64,000 nucleotides of DNA from Auanema rhodensis. Its lineage: Eukaryota; Animalia; Nematoda. Location: contig OZ059896.1 of the NCBI GenBank assembly GCA_964057225.1, positions 5,146,001 through 5,210,000 on the forward strand, read 5' to 3'. Made by a program: the position numbers and the translations under genes. The notes below the pieces were generated by a model. The model did no database searches, was not told the origin of the DNA, and was given only the letters and a program-made list of their open reading frames with translations. Each line of letters begins with the position of its first letter. Within the stretch, counting starts at the first letter, position 1. Positions 1 through 15,000 of this stretch are shown here, piece by piece.

Positions 1-3000
1 ATCTCTTTATCTTTCACGTGAAGCGAGTTACATACCAAGTGCACATCACGTGTACATTTAATTAGCATAAATTAAAGTTCACGTAAATTTCAAAGTCATG
101 GTTACCATGAACCAATATCAATAAAAATTTGTTTTTAGACTAATATGGACATGGGGAATCTAATTTTGAAAACCGCATCTCTTTATCTTTCACGTGAAGC
201 GAGTTACATACCAAGTGCACATCACGTGTACATTTAATTAGCATAAATTAAAGTTCACGTAAATTTCAAAGTCATGGTTACCATGCACCAATATCAATAA
301 AAATTTGTTTTTAGACTAATATGGACATGGGGAATCTAATTTTGAAAATCGCATCTCTTTATCTTTCACGTGAAGCGAGTTACATACCAAGTGCACATCA
401 CGTGTACATTTAATTAGCATAAATTAAAGTTCACGTAAATTTCAAAGTCATGGTTAGCATGAACCAATATCAATAAAAATTTGTTTTTAGACTAATATGG
501 ACATGGGGAATCTAATTTTGAAAACCGCATCTCTTTATCTTTCACGTGAAGCGAGTTACATACCAAGTGCACATCACGTGTACATTTAATTAGCATAAAT
601 TAAAGTTCACGTAAATTTCAAAGTCATGGTTACCATGAACCAATATCAATAAAAATTTGTTTTTAGACTAATATGGACATGGGGAATCTAATTTTGAAAA
701 CCGCATCTCTTTATCTTTCACGTGAAGCGAGTTACATACCAAGTGCACATCACGTGTACATTTAATTAGCATAAATTAAAGTTCACGTAAATTTCAAAGT
801 CATGGTTACCATGCACCAATATCAATAAAAATTTGTTTTTAGACTAATTTGGACATGGGGAATCTAATTTTGAAAACCGCATCTCTTTATCTTTCAAGTG
901 AAGCGAGTTACATACCAAGTGCACATCACGTGTACATTTAATTAGCATAAATTAAAGTTCACGTAAATTTCAAAGTCATGGTTACCATGCACCAATATTA
1001 ATAAAAATTTGTTTTTAGACTAATATGGACATGAGGAATCTAATTTTGAAAATCGCATCTCTTTATCTTTCACGTGAAGCGAGTTACATACCAAGTGCAC
1101 ATCACGTGTACATTTAATTAGCATAAATTAAAGTTCACGTAAATTTCAAAGTCATGGTTAGCATGAACCAATATCAATAAAAATTTGTTTTTAGACTAAT
1201 ATGGACATGGGGAATCTAATTTTGAAAACCGCATCTCTTTATCTTTCACGTGAAGCGAGTTACATACCAAGTGCACATCACGTGTACATTTAATTAGCAT
1301 AAATTAAAGTTCACGTAAATTTCAAAGTCATGGTTAGCATGAACCAATATCAATAAAAATTTGTTTTTAGACTAATATGGACATGAGGAATCTAATTTTG
1401 AAAATCGCATCTCTTTATCTTTCACGTGAAGCGAGTTACATACCAAGTGCACATCACGTGTACATTTAATTAGCATAAATTAAAGTTCACGTAAATTTCA
1501 AAGTCATGGTTAGCATGAACCAATATCAATAAAAATTTGTTTTTAGACTAATATGGACATGGGGAATCTAATTTTGAAAACCGCATCTCTTTATCTTTCA
1601 CGTGAAGCGAGTTACATACCAAGTGCACATCACGTGTACATTTAATTAGCATAAATTAAAGTTCACGTAAATTTCAAAGTCATGGTTACCATGAACCAAT
1701 ATCAATAAAAATTTGTTTTTAGACTAATATGGACATGGGGAATCTAATTTTGAAAACCGCATCTCTTTATCTTTCACGTGAAGCGAGTTACATACCAAGT
1801 GCACATCACGTGTACATTTAATTAGCATAAATTAAAGTTCACGTAAATTTCAAAGTCATGGTTACCATGCACCAATATCAATAAAAATTTGTTTTTAGAC
1901 TAATTTGGACATGGGGAATCTAATTTTGAAAACCGCATCTCTTTATCTTTCAAGTGAAGCGAGTTACATACCAAGTGCACATCACGTGTACATTTAATTA
2001 GCATAAATTAAAGTTCACGTAAATTTCAAAGTCATGGTTACCATGCACCAATATTAATAAAAATTTGTTTTTAGACTAATATGGACATGAGGAATCTAAT
2101 TTTGAAAACCGCATCTTTTTATCTTCCACGTGAAGCGAGTTACATACCAAGTGCACATCACGTGTACATTTAATTAGCATAAATTAAAGTTCACGTAAAT
2201 TTCAAAGTCATGGTTACCGTGAACCAATATCAATAAAAATTTGTTTTTAGACTAATTTGAACATGGGGAATCTAATTTTGAAAACCGCATCTCTTTATCT
2301 TTCAAGTGAAGCGAGTTACATACCAAGTGCACATCACGTGTACATTTAATTAGCATAAATTAAAGTTCACGTAAATTTCAAAGTCATGGTTACCATGAAC
2401 CAATATCAATAAAAATTTGTTTTTAGACTAATATGGACATGGGGAATCTAATTTTGAAAACCGCATCTCTTTATCTTCCACGTGAAGCGAGTTACATACC
2501 AAGTGCACATCACGTGTACATTTAATTAGCATAAATTAAAGTTCACGTAAATTTCAAAGTCATGGTTACCATGCACCAATATTAATAAAAATTTGTTTTT
2601 AGACTAATAAGGACATGGGGAATCTAATTTTGAAAATCGCATCTCTTTATCTTTCACGTGAAGCGAGTTACATACCAAGTGCATATCACGTGTACATTTA
2701 ATTAGCATAAATTAAAGTTCACGTAAATTTCAAAGTCATGGTTACCATGAACCAATATCAATAAAAATTTGTTTTTAGACTAATATGGACATGGGGAATC
2801 TAATTTTGAAAACCGCATCTCTTTATCTTTCACGTGAAGCGAGTTACATACCAAGTGCACATCACGTGTACACTTAATTAGCATAAATTAAAGTTCACGT
2901 AAATTTCAAAGTCATGGTTACCATGCACCAATATCAATAAAAATTTGTTTTTAGACTAATATGGACATGGGGAATCTAATTTTGAAAACCGCATCTCTTT

Positions 3001-6000
3001 ATCTTTCAAGTGAAGCGAGTTACATACCAAGTGCACATCACGTGTACATTTAATTAGCATAAATTAAAGTTCACGTAAATTTCAAAGTCATGGTTACCAT
3101 GCACCAATATCAATAAAAATTTGTTTTTAGACTAATATGGACATGGGGAATCTAATTTTGAAAACCGCATCTCTTTATCTTTCACGTGAAGCGAGTTACA
3201 TACCAAGTGCACATCACGTGTACATTTAATTAGCATAAATTAAAGTTCACGTAAATTTCAAAGTCATGGTTACCATGCACCAATATCAATAAAAATTTGT
3301 TTTTAGACTAATATGAACATGGGGAATCTAATTTTGAAAACCGCATCTCTTTATCTTTCACGTGAAGCGAGTTACATACCAAGTGCACATAACGTGTACA
3401 TTTAATTAGCATAAATTAAAGTTCACGTAAATTTCAAAGTCATGGTTACCATGCACCAATATCAATAAAAATTTGTTTTTAGACTAATATGGACATGGAG
3501 AATCTAATTTTGAAAATCGCATCTCTTTATCTTTCACGTGAAGCGAGTTACATACCAAGTGCACATCACGTGTACATTTAATTAGCATAAATTAAAGTTC
3601 ACGTAAATTTCAAAGTCATGGTTACCATGAACCAATATCAATAAAAATTTGTTTTTAGACTAATATGGACATGGGGAATCTAATTTTGAAAACCGCATCT
3701 CTTTATCTTTCACGTGAAGCGAGTTACATACCAAGTGCACATCACGTGTACATTTAATTAGCATAATATAAAGTTCACGTAAATTTCAAAGTCATGGTTA
3801 CCATGCACCAATATTAATAAAAATTTGTTTTTAGACTAATATGGACATGGGGAATCTAATTTTGAAAACCGCATCTCTTTATCTTTCACGTGAAGCGAGT
3901 TACATACCAAGTGCACATCACGTGTACATTTAATTAGCATAAATTAAAGTTCACGTAAATTTCAAAGTCATGGTTACCATGCACCAATATCAATAAAAAT
4001 TTGTTTTTAGACTAATATGGACATGGAGAATCTAATTTTGAAAACCGCATCTCTTTATCTTTCACGTGAAGCGAGTTACATACCAAGTGCACATCACGTG
4101 TACATTTAATTAGCATAAATTAAAGTTCACGTAAATTTCAAAGTCATGGTTACCATGCACCAATATCAATAAAAATTTGTTTTTAGACTAATATGAACAT
4201 GGGGAATCTAATTTTGAAAACCGCATCTCTTTATCTTTCACGTGAAGCGAGTTACATACCAAGTGCACATAACGTGTACATTTAATTAGCATAAATTAAA
4301 GTTCACGTAAATTTCAAAGTCATGGTTACCATGCACCAATATCAATAAAAATTTGTTTTTAGACTAATATGGACATGGAGAATCTAATTTTGAAAACCGC
4401 ATCTCTTTATCTTTCACGTGAAGCGAGTTACATACCAAGTGCACATCACGTGTACATTTAATTAGCATAAATTAAAGTTCACGTAAATTTCAAAGTCATG
4501 GTTACCAGGCACCAATATTAATAAAAATTTGTTTTTAAACTAATATGGACATGGGGAATCTAATTTTGAAAACCGCATCTCTTTATCTTTCACGTGAAGC
4601 GAGTTACATACCAAGTGCACATCACGTGTACATTTAATTAGCATAAATTAAAGTTCACGTAAATTTCAAAGTCATGGTTACCATGAACCAATATCAATAA
4701 AAATTTGTTTTTAGACTAATATGGACATGGGGAATCTAATTTTGAAAATCGCATCTCTTTATCTTTCACGTGAAGCGAGTTACATACCAAGTGCACATCA
4801 CGTGTACATTTAATTAGCATAAATTAAAGTTCACGTAAATTTCAAAGTCATGGTTACCATGAACCAATATCAATAAAAATTTGTTTTTAGACTAATATGG
4901 ACATGGGGAATCTAATTTTGAAAACCGCATCTCTTTATCTTTCACGTGAAGCGAGTTACATACCAAGTGCACATCACGTGTACATTTAATTAGCATAAAT
5001 TAAAGTTCACGTAAATTTCAAAGTCATGGTTACCATGCACCAATATCAATAAAAATTTGTTTTTAGACTAATATGGACATGGAGAATCTAATTTTGAAAA
5101 CCGCATCTCTTTATCTTTCACGTGAAGCGAGTTACATACCAAGTGCACATCACGTGTACATTTAATTAGCATAAATTAAAGTTCACGTAAATTTCAAAGT
5201 CATGGTTACCATGCACCAATATCAATAAAAATTTGTTTTTAGACTAATATGGACATGGGGAATCTAATTTTGAAAACCGCATCTCTTTATCTTTCAAGTG
5301 AAGCGAGTTACATACCAAGTGCACATCACGTGTACATTTAATTAGCATAAATTAAAGTTCACGTAAATTTCAAAGTCATGGTTACCATGCACCAATATCA
5401 ATAAAAATTTGTTTTTAGACTAATATGGACATGGGGAATCTAATTTTGAAAATCGCATCTCTTTATCTTTCACGTGAAGCGAGTTACATACCAAGTGCAC
5501 ATCACGTGTACATTTAATTAGCATAAATTAAAGTTCACGTAAATTTCAAAGTCATGGTTACCATGAACCAATAACAATAAAAATTTGTTTTTAGACTAAT
5601 ATGGACATGGGGAATCTAATTTTGAAAACCGCATCTCTTTATCTTTCACGTGAAGCGAGTTACATACCAAGTGCACATCACGTGTACATTTAATTAGCAT
5701 AAATTAAAGTTCACGTAAATTTCAAAGTCATGGTTACCATGCACCAATATCAATAAAAATTTGTTTTTAGACTAATATGGACATGGGGAATCTAATTTTG
5801 AAAATCGCATCTCTTTATCTTTCACGTGAAGCGAGTTACATACCAAGTGCACATCACGTGTACATTTAATTAGCATAAATTAAAGTTCACGTAAATTTCA
5901 AAGTCATGGTTAGCATGAACCAATATCAATAAAAATTTGTTTTTAGACTAATATGGACATGGGGAATCTAATTTTGAAAACCGCATCTCTTTATCTTTCA

Positions 6001-9000
6001 CGTGAAGCGAGTTACATACCAAGTGCACATCACGTGTACATTTAATTAGCATAAATTAAAGTTCACGTAAATTTCAAAGTCATGGTTACCATGAACCAAT
6101 ATCAATAAAAATTTGTTTTTAGACTAATATGGACATGGGGAATCTAATTTTGAAAACCGCATCTCTTTATCTTTCACGTGAAGCGAGTTACATACCAAGT
6201 GCACATCACGTGTACATTTAATTAGCAAAAATTAAAGTTCACGTAAATTTCAAAGTCATGGTTACCATGCACCAATATCAATAAAAATTTGTTTTTAGAC
6301 TAATTTGGACATGGGGAATCTAATTTTGAAAACCGCATCTCTTTATCTTTCAAGTGAAGCGAGTTACATACCAAGTGCACATCACGTGTACATTTAATTA
6401 GCATAAATTAAAGTTCACGTAAATTTCAAAGTCATGGTTACCATGCACCAATATTAATAAAAATTTGTTTTTAGACTAATATGGACATGAGGAATCTAAT
6501 TTTGAAAACCGCATCTCTTTATCTTCCACGTGAAGCGAGTTACATACCAAGTGCACATCACGTGTACATTTAATTAGCATAAATTAAAGTTCACGTAAAT
6601 TTCAAAGTCATGGTTACCATGAACCAATATCAATAAAAATTTGTTTTTAGACTAATATGGACATGGGGAATCTAATTTTGAAAACCGCATCTCTTTATCT
6701 TTCACGTGAAGCGAGTTACATACCAAGTGCACATCACGTGTACATTTAATTAGCATAAATTAAAGTTCACGTAAATTTCAAAGTCATGGTTACCATGCAC
6801 CAATATCAATAAAAATTTGTTTTTAGACTAATTTGAACATGGGGAATCTAATTTTGAAAACCGCATCTCTTTATCTTTCAAGTGAAGCGAGTTACATACC
6901 AAGTGCACATCACGTGTACATTTAATTAGCATAAATTAAAGTTCACGTAAATTTCAAAGTCATGGTTACCATGCACCAATATTAATAAAAATTTGTTTTT
7001 AGACTAATAAGGACATGGGGAATCTAATTTTGAAAATCGCATCTCTTTATCTTTCACGTGAAGCGAGTTACATACCAAGTGCATATCACGTGTACATTTA
7101 ATTAGCATAAATTAAAGTTCACGTAAATTTCAAAGTCATGGTTACCATGAACCAATATCAATAAAAATTTGTTTTTAGACTAATATGGACATGGGGAATC
7201 TAATTTTGAAAACCGCATCTCTTTATCTTTCACGTGAAGCGAGTTACATACCAAGTGCACATCACGTGTACATTTAATTAGCATAAATTAAAGTTCACGT
7301 AAATTTCAAAGTCATGGTTACCATGCACCAATATCAATAAAAATTTGTTTTTAGACTAATATGGACATGGGGAATCTAATTTTGAAAATCGCATCTCTTT
7401 ATCTTTCACGTGAAGCGAGTTACATACCAAGTGCACATCACGTGTACATTTAATTAGCATAAATTAAAGTTCACGTAAATTTCAAAGTCATGGTTACCAT
7501 GAACCAATATCAATAAAAATTTGTTTTTAGACTAATATGGACATGGCGAATCTAATTTTGAAAACCGCATCTCTTTATCTTTCACGTGAAGCGAGTTACA
7601 TACCAAGTGCACATCACGTGTACATTTAATTAGCATAAATTGAAGTTCACGTAAATTTCAAAGTCATGGTTACCATGCACCAATATCATTAAAAATTTGT
7701 TTTTAGACTAATATGGACATGGGGAATCTAATTTTGAAAATCGCATCTCTTTATCTTTCACGTGAAGCGAGTTACATACCAAGTGCACATCACGTGTACA
7801 TTTAATTAGCATAAATTAAAGTTCACGTAAATTTCAAAGTCATGGTTACCATGAACCAATATCAATAAAAATTTGTTTTTAGACTAATATGGACATGGGG
7901 AATCTAATTTTGAAAACCGCATCTCTTTATCTTTCACGTGAAGCGAGTTACATACCAAGTGCACATCACGTGTACATTTAATTAGCATAAATTAAAGTTC
8001 ACGTAAATTTCAAAGTCATGGTTACCATGCACCAATATCAATAAAAATTTGTTTTTAGACTAATATGGACATGGGGAATCTAATTTTGAAAATCGCATCT
8101 CTTTATCTTTCACGTGAAGCGAGTTACATACCAAGTGCACATCACGTGTACATTTAATTAGCATAAATTAAAGTTCACGTAAATTTCAAAGTCATGGTTA
8201 CCATGCACCAATATCAATAAAAATTTGTTTTTAGACTAATATGGACATGGGGAATCTAATTGTGAAAACCGCATCTCTTTATCTTTCAAGTGAAGCGAGT
8301 TACATACCAAGTGCACATCACGTGTACATTTAATTAGCATAAATTAAAGTTCACGTAAATTTCAAAGTCATGGTTACCATGCACCAATATCAATAAAAAT
8401 TTGTTTTTAGACTAATATGGACATGGGGAATCTAATTTTGAAAACCGCACCTCTTTATCTTTCACGTGAAGCGAGTTACATACCAAGTGCACATCACGTG
8501 TACATTTAATTAGCATAAATTAAAGTTCACGTAAATTTCAAAGTCATGGTTACCATGCACCAATATCAATAAAAATTTGTTTTTAGACTAATTTGGACAT
8601 GGGGAATCTAATTTTGAAAACCGCATCTCTTTATCTTTCAAGTGAAGCGAGTTACATACCAAGTGCACATCACGTGTACATTTAATTAGCATAAATTAAA
8701 GTTCACGTAAATTTCAAAGTCATGGTTACCATGCACCAATATTAATAAAAATTTGTTTTTAGACTAATATGGACATGAGGAATCTAATTTTGAAAACCGC
8801 ATCTCTTTATCTTTCACGTGAAGCGAGTTACATACCAAGTGCACATCACGTGTACATTTAATTAGCATAAATTAAAGTTCACGTAAATTTCAAAGTCATG
8901 GTTACCATGAACCAATATCAATAAAAATTTGTTTTTAGACTAATATGGACATGGGGAATCTAATTTTGAAAACCGCATCTCTTTATCTTTCACGTGAAGC

Positions 9001-12000
9001 GAGTTACATACCAAGTGCACATCACGTGTACATTTAATTAGCATAAATTAAAGTTCACGTAAATTTCAAAGTCATGGTTACCATGCACCAATATCAATAA
9101 AAATTTGTTTTTAGACTAATTTGAACATGGGGAATCTAATTTTGAAAACCGCATCTCTTTATCTTTCAAGTGAAGCGAGTTACATACCAAGTGCACATCA
9201 CGTGTACATTTAATTAGCATAAATTAAAGTTCACGTAAATTTCAAAGTCATGGTTACCATGCACCAATATTAATAAAAATTTGTTTTTAGACTAATAAGG
9301 ACATGGGGTATCTAATTTTGAAAATCGCATCTCTTTATCTTTCACGTGAAGCGAGTTACATACCAAGTGCATATCACGTGTACATTTAATTAGCATAAAT
9401 TAAAGTTCACGTAAATTTCAAAGTCATGGTTACCATGAACCAATATCAATAAAAATTTGTTTTTAGACTAATATGGACATGGGGAATCTAATTTTGAAAA
9501 CCGCATCTCTTTATCTTTCACGTGAAGCGAGTTACATACCAAGTGCACATCACGTGTACATTTAATTAGCATAAATTAAAGTTCACGTAAATTTCAAAGT
9601 CATGGTTACCATGCACCAATATCAATAAAAATTTGTTTTTAGACTAATTTGAACATGGGGAATCTAATTTTGAAAACCGCATCTCTTTATCTTTCAAGTG
9701 AAGCGAGTTACATACCAAGTGCACATCACGTGTACATTTAATTAGCATAAATTAAAGTTCACGTAAATTTCAAAGTCATGGTTACCATGCACCAATATTA
9801 ATAAAAATTTGTTTTTAGACTAATAAGGACATGGGGTATCTAATTTTGAAAATCGCATCTCTTTATCTTTCACGTGAAGCGAGTTACATACCAAGTGCAT
9901 ATCACGTGTACATTTAATTAGCATAAATTAAAGTTCACGTAAATTTCAAAGTCATGGTTACCATGAACCAATATCAATTAAAATTTGTTTTTAGACTAAT
10001 ATGGACATGGGGAATCTAATTTTGAAAATCGCATCTCTTTATCTTTCACGTGAAGCGAGTTACATACCAAGTGCATATCACGTGTACATTTAATTAGCAT
10101 AAATTAAAGTTCACGTAAATTTCAAAGTCATGGTTACCATGAACCAATATCAATAAAAATTTGTTTTTAGACTAATATGGACATGGGGAATCTAATTTTG
10201 AAAACCGCATCTCTTTATCTTTCACGTGAAGCGAGTTACATACCAAGTGCACATCACGTGTACATTTAATTAGCATAAATTAAAGTTCACGTAAATTTCA
10301 AAGTCATGGTTACCATGCACCAATATCAATAAAAATTTGTTTTTAGACTAATATGGACATGGGGAATCTAATTTTGAAAATCGCATCTCTTTATCTTTCA
10401 CGTGAAGCGAGTTACATACCAAGTGCACATCACGTGTACATTTAATTAGCATAAATTAAAGTTCACGTAAATTTCAAAGTCATGGTTACCATGAACCAAT
10501 ATCAATAAAAATTTGTTTTTAGACTAATATGGACATGGCGAATCTAATTTTGAAAACCGCATCTCTTTATCTTTCACGTGAAGCGAGTTACATACCAAGT
10601 GCACATCACGTGTACATTTAATTAGCATAAATTGAAGTTCACGTAAATTTCAAAGTCATGGTTACCATGCACCAATATCATTAAAAATTTGTTTTTAGAC
10701 TAATATGGACATGGGGAATCTAATTTTGAAAATCGCATCTCTTTATCTTTCACGTGAAGCGAGTTACATACCAAGTGCACATCACGTGTACATTTAATTA
10801 GCATAAATTAAAGTTCACGTAAATTTCAAAGTCATGGTTACCATGAACCAATATCAATAAAAATTTGTTTTTAGACTAATATGGACATGGGGAATCTAAT
10901 TTTGAAAACCGCATCTCTTTATCTTTCACGTGAAGCGAGTTACATACCAAGTGCACATCACGTGTACATTTAATTAGCATAAATTAAAGTTCACGTAAAT
11001 TTCAAAGTCATGGTTACCATGCACCAATATCAATAAAAATTTGTTTTTAGACTAATATGGACATGGGGAATCTAATTTTGAAAATCGCATCTCTTTATCT
11101 TTCACGTGAAGCGAGTTACATACCAAGTGCACATCACGTGTACATTTAATTAGCATAAATTAAAGTTCACGTAAATTTCAAAGTCATGGTTACCATGCAC
11201 CAATATCAATAAAAATTTGTTTTTAGACTAATATGGACATGGGGAATCTAATTGTGAAAACCGCATCTCTTTATCTTTCAAGTGAAGCGAGTTACATACC
11301 AAGTGCACATCACGTGTACATTTAATTAGCATAAATTAAAGTTCACGTAAATTTCAAAGTCATGGTTACCATGCACCAATATCAATAAAAATTTGTTTTT
11401 AGACTAATATGGACATGGGGAATCTAATTTTGAAAACCGCATCTCTTTATCTTTCACGTGAAGCGAGTTACATACCAAGTGCACATCACGTGTACATTTA
11501 ATTAGCATAAATTAAAGTTCACGTAAATTTCAAAGTCATGGTTACCATGCACCAATATCAATAAAAATTTGTTTTTAGACTAATTTGGACATGGGGAATC
11601 TAATTTTGAAAACCGCATCTCTTTATCTTTCAAGTGAAGCGAGTTACATACCAAGTGCACATCACGTGTACATTTAATTAGCATAAATTAAAGTTCACGT
11701 AAATTTCAAAGTCATGGTTACCATGCACCAATATTAATAAAAATTTGTTTTTAGACTAATATGGACATGAGGAATCTAATTTTGAAAACCGCATCTCTTT
11801 ATCTTTCACGTGAAGCGAGTTACATACCAAGTGCACATCACGTGTACATTTAATTAGCATAAATTAAAGTTCACGTAAATTTCAAAGTCATGGTTACCAT
11901 GAACCAATATCAATAAAAATTTGTTTTTAGACTAATATGGACATGGGGAATCTAATTTTGAAAACCGCATCTCTTTATCTTTCACGTGAAGCGAGTTACA

Positions 12001-15000
12001 TACCAAGTGCACATCACGTGTACATTTAATTAGCATAAATTAAAGTTCACGTAAATTTCAAAGTCATGGTTACCATGCACCAATATCAATAAAAATTTGT
12101 TTTTAGACTAATTTGAACATGGGGAATCTAATTTTGAAAACCGCATCTCTTTATCTTTCAAGTGAAGCGAGTTACATACCAAGTGCACATCACGTGTACA
12201 TTTAATTAGCATAAATTAAAGTTCACGTAAATTTCAAAGTCATGGTTACCATGCACCAATATTAATAAAAATTTGTTTTTAGACTAATAAGGACATGGGG
12301 TATCTAATTTTGAAAATCGCATCTCTTTATCTTTCACGTGAAGCGAGTTACATACCAAGTGCATATCACGTGTACATTTAATTAGCATAAATTAAAGTTC
12401 ACGTAAATTTCAAAGTCATGGTTACCATGAACCAATATCAATAAAAATTTGTTTTTAGACTAATATGGACATGGGGAATCTAATTTTGAAAACCGCATCT
12501 CTTTATCTTTCACGTGAAGCGAGTTACATACCAAGTGCACATCACGTGTACATTTAATTAGCATAAATTAAAGTTCACGTAAAATTCAAAGTCATGGTTA
12601 CCATGCACCAATATCAATAAAAATTTGTTTTTAGACTAATATGGACATGGGGAATCTAATTTTGAAAATCGCATCTCTTTATCTTTCACGTGAAGCGAGT
12701 TGCATACCAAGTGCACATCACGTGTACATTTAATTAGCATAAATTAAAGTTCACGTAAATTTCAAAGTCATGGTTACCATGAACCAATATCAATAAAAAT
12801 TTGTTTTTAGACTAATATGGACATGGCGAATCTAATTTTGAAAACCGCATCTCTTTATCTTTCACGTGAAGCGAGTTACATACCAAGTGCACATCACGTG
12901 TACATTTACTTAGCATAAATTAAAGTTCACGTAAATTTCAAAGTCATGGTTACCATGAACCAATATCAATAAAAATTTGTTTTTAGACTAATATGGACAT
13001 GGGGAATCTAATTTTGAAAACCGCATCTCTTTATCTTTCACGTGAAGCGAGTTACATACCAAGTGCACATCACGTGTACATTTAATTAGCATAAATTAAA
13101 GTTCACGTAAATTTCAAAGTCATGGTTACCATGCACCAATATCAATAAAAATTTGTTTTTAGACTAATATGGACATGGGGAATCTAATTTTGAAAACCGC
13201 ATCTCTTTATCTTTCAAGTGAAGCGAGTTACATACCAAGTGCACATCACGTGTACATTTAATTAGCATAAATTAAAGTTCACGTAAATTTCAAAGTCATG
13301 GTTACCATGCACCAATATCAATAAAAATTTGTTTTTAGACTAATATGGACATGGGGAATCTAATTTTGAAAATCGCATCTCTTTATCTTTCACGTGAAGC
13401 GAGTTACATACCAAGTGCACATCACGTGTACATTTAATTAGCATAAATTAAAGTTCACGTAAATTTCAAAGTCATGGTTACCATGCACCAATATCAATAA
13501 AAATTTGTTTTTAGACTAATTTGAACATGGGGAATCTAATTTTGAAAACCGCATCTCTTTATCTTCCAAGTGAAGCGAGTTACATACCAAGTGCACTTCA
13601 CGTTTACATTTAATTAGCATAAATTAAAGTTCACGTAAATTTCAAAGTCATGGTTACCATGAACCAATATCAATAAAAATTTGTTTTTAAACTAATATGG
13701 ACATGGGGAATCTAATTTTGAAAACCGCATCTCTTTATCTTTCACGTGAAGCGAGTTACATACCTAGTGCACATCACGTGTACATTTAATTAGCATAAAT
13801 TAAAGTTCACGTAAATTTCAAAATCATGGTTACCATGCACCAATATCAATAAAAATTTGTTTTTAAACTAATATGGACATGGGGAATCTAATTTTGAAAA
13901 CCGCATCTCTTTATCTTTCACGTGAAGCGAGTTACATACCTAGTGCACATCACGTGTACATTTAATTAGCATAAATTAAAGTTCACGTAAATTTCAAAGT
14001 CATGGTTACCATGCACCAATATCAATAAAAATTTGTTTTTAAACTAATATGGACATGGGGAATCTACTTTTGAAAACCGCATCTCTTTATCTTTCACGTG
14101 AAGCGAGTTACATACCTAGTGCACATCACGTGTACATTTAATTAGCATAAATTAAAGTTCACGTAAATTTCAAAGTCATGGTTACCATGAACCAATATCA
14201 ATAAAAATTTGTTTTTAAACTAATATGGACATGGGGAATCTAATTTTGAAAACCGCATCTCTTTATCTTTCACGTGAAGCGAGTTACATACCAAGTGCAC
14301 ATCACGTGTACATTTAATTAGCATAAATTAAAGTTCACGTAAATTTCAAAGTCATGGTTACCATGAACCAATATCAATAAAAATTTGTTTTTGAACTAAT
14401 ATGGACATGGGGAATCTAATTTTGAAAACCGCATCTTTTTATCTTTCACGTGAAGCGAGTTACATACCTAGTGCACATCACGTGTACATTTAATTAGCAT
14501 AAATTAAAGTTCACGTAAATTTCAAAGTCATGGTTACCATGCACCAATATCAATAAAAATTTGTTTTTAAACTAATATGGACATGGGGAATCTAATTTTG
14601 AAAACCGCATCTCTTTATCTTTCACGTGAAGCGAGTTACATACCTAGTGCACATCACGTGTACATTTAATTAGCATAAATGAAAGTTCACGTAAATTTCA
14701 AAGTCATGGTTACCATGAACCAATATCAATAAAAATTTGTTTTTAAACTAATATGGACATGGGGAATCTAATTTTGAAAACCGCATCTCTTTATCTTTCA
14801 CGTGAAGCGAGTTACATACCTAGTGCACATCACGTGTACATTTAATTAGCATAAATTAAAGTTCACGTAAATTTCAAAGACATGGTTACCATGAACCAAT
14901 ATCAATAAAAATTTGTTTTAAACTAATATGGACATGGGGAATCTAATTTTGAAAACCTCATCTCTTTATCTTTCACGTGAAGCGAGTTACATACCTAGTG

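Noticed and set aside
45-52. Budding-yeast point centromere (CDEI ATCACGTG followed by AT-rich DNA)
   Set aside because: Generic E-box; no >90% AT CDEII or CDEIII consensus, and a CR1-bearing tandem array is not that context.
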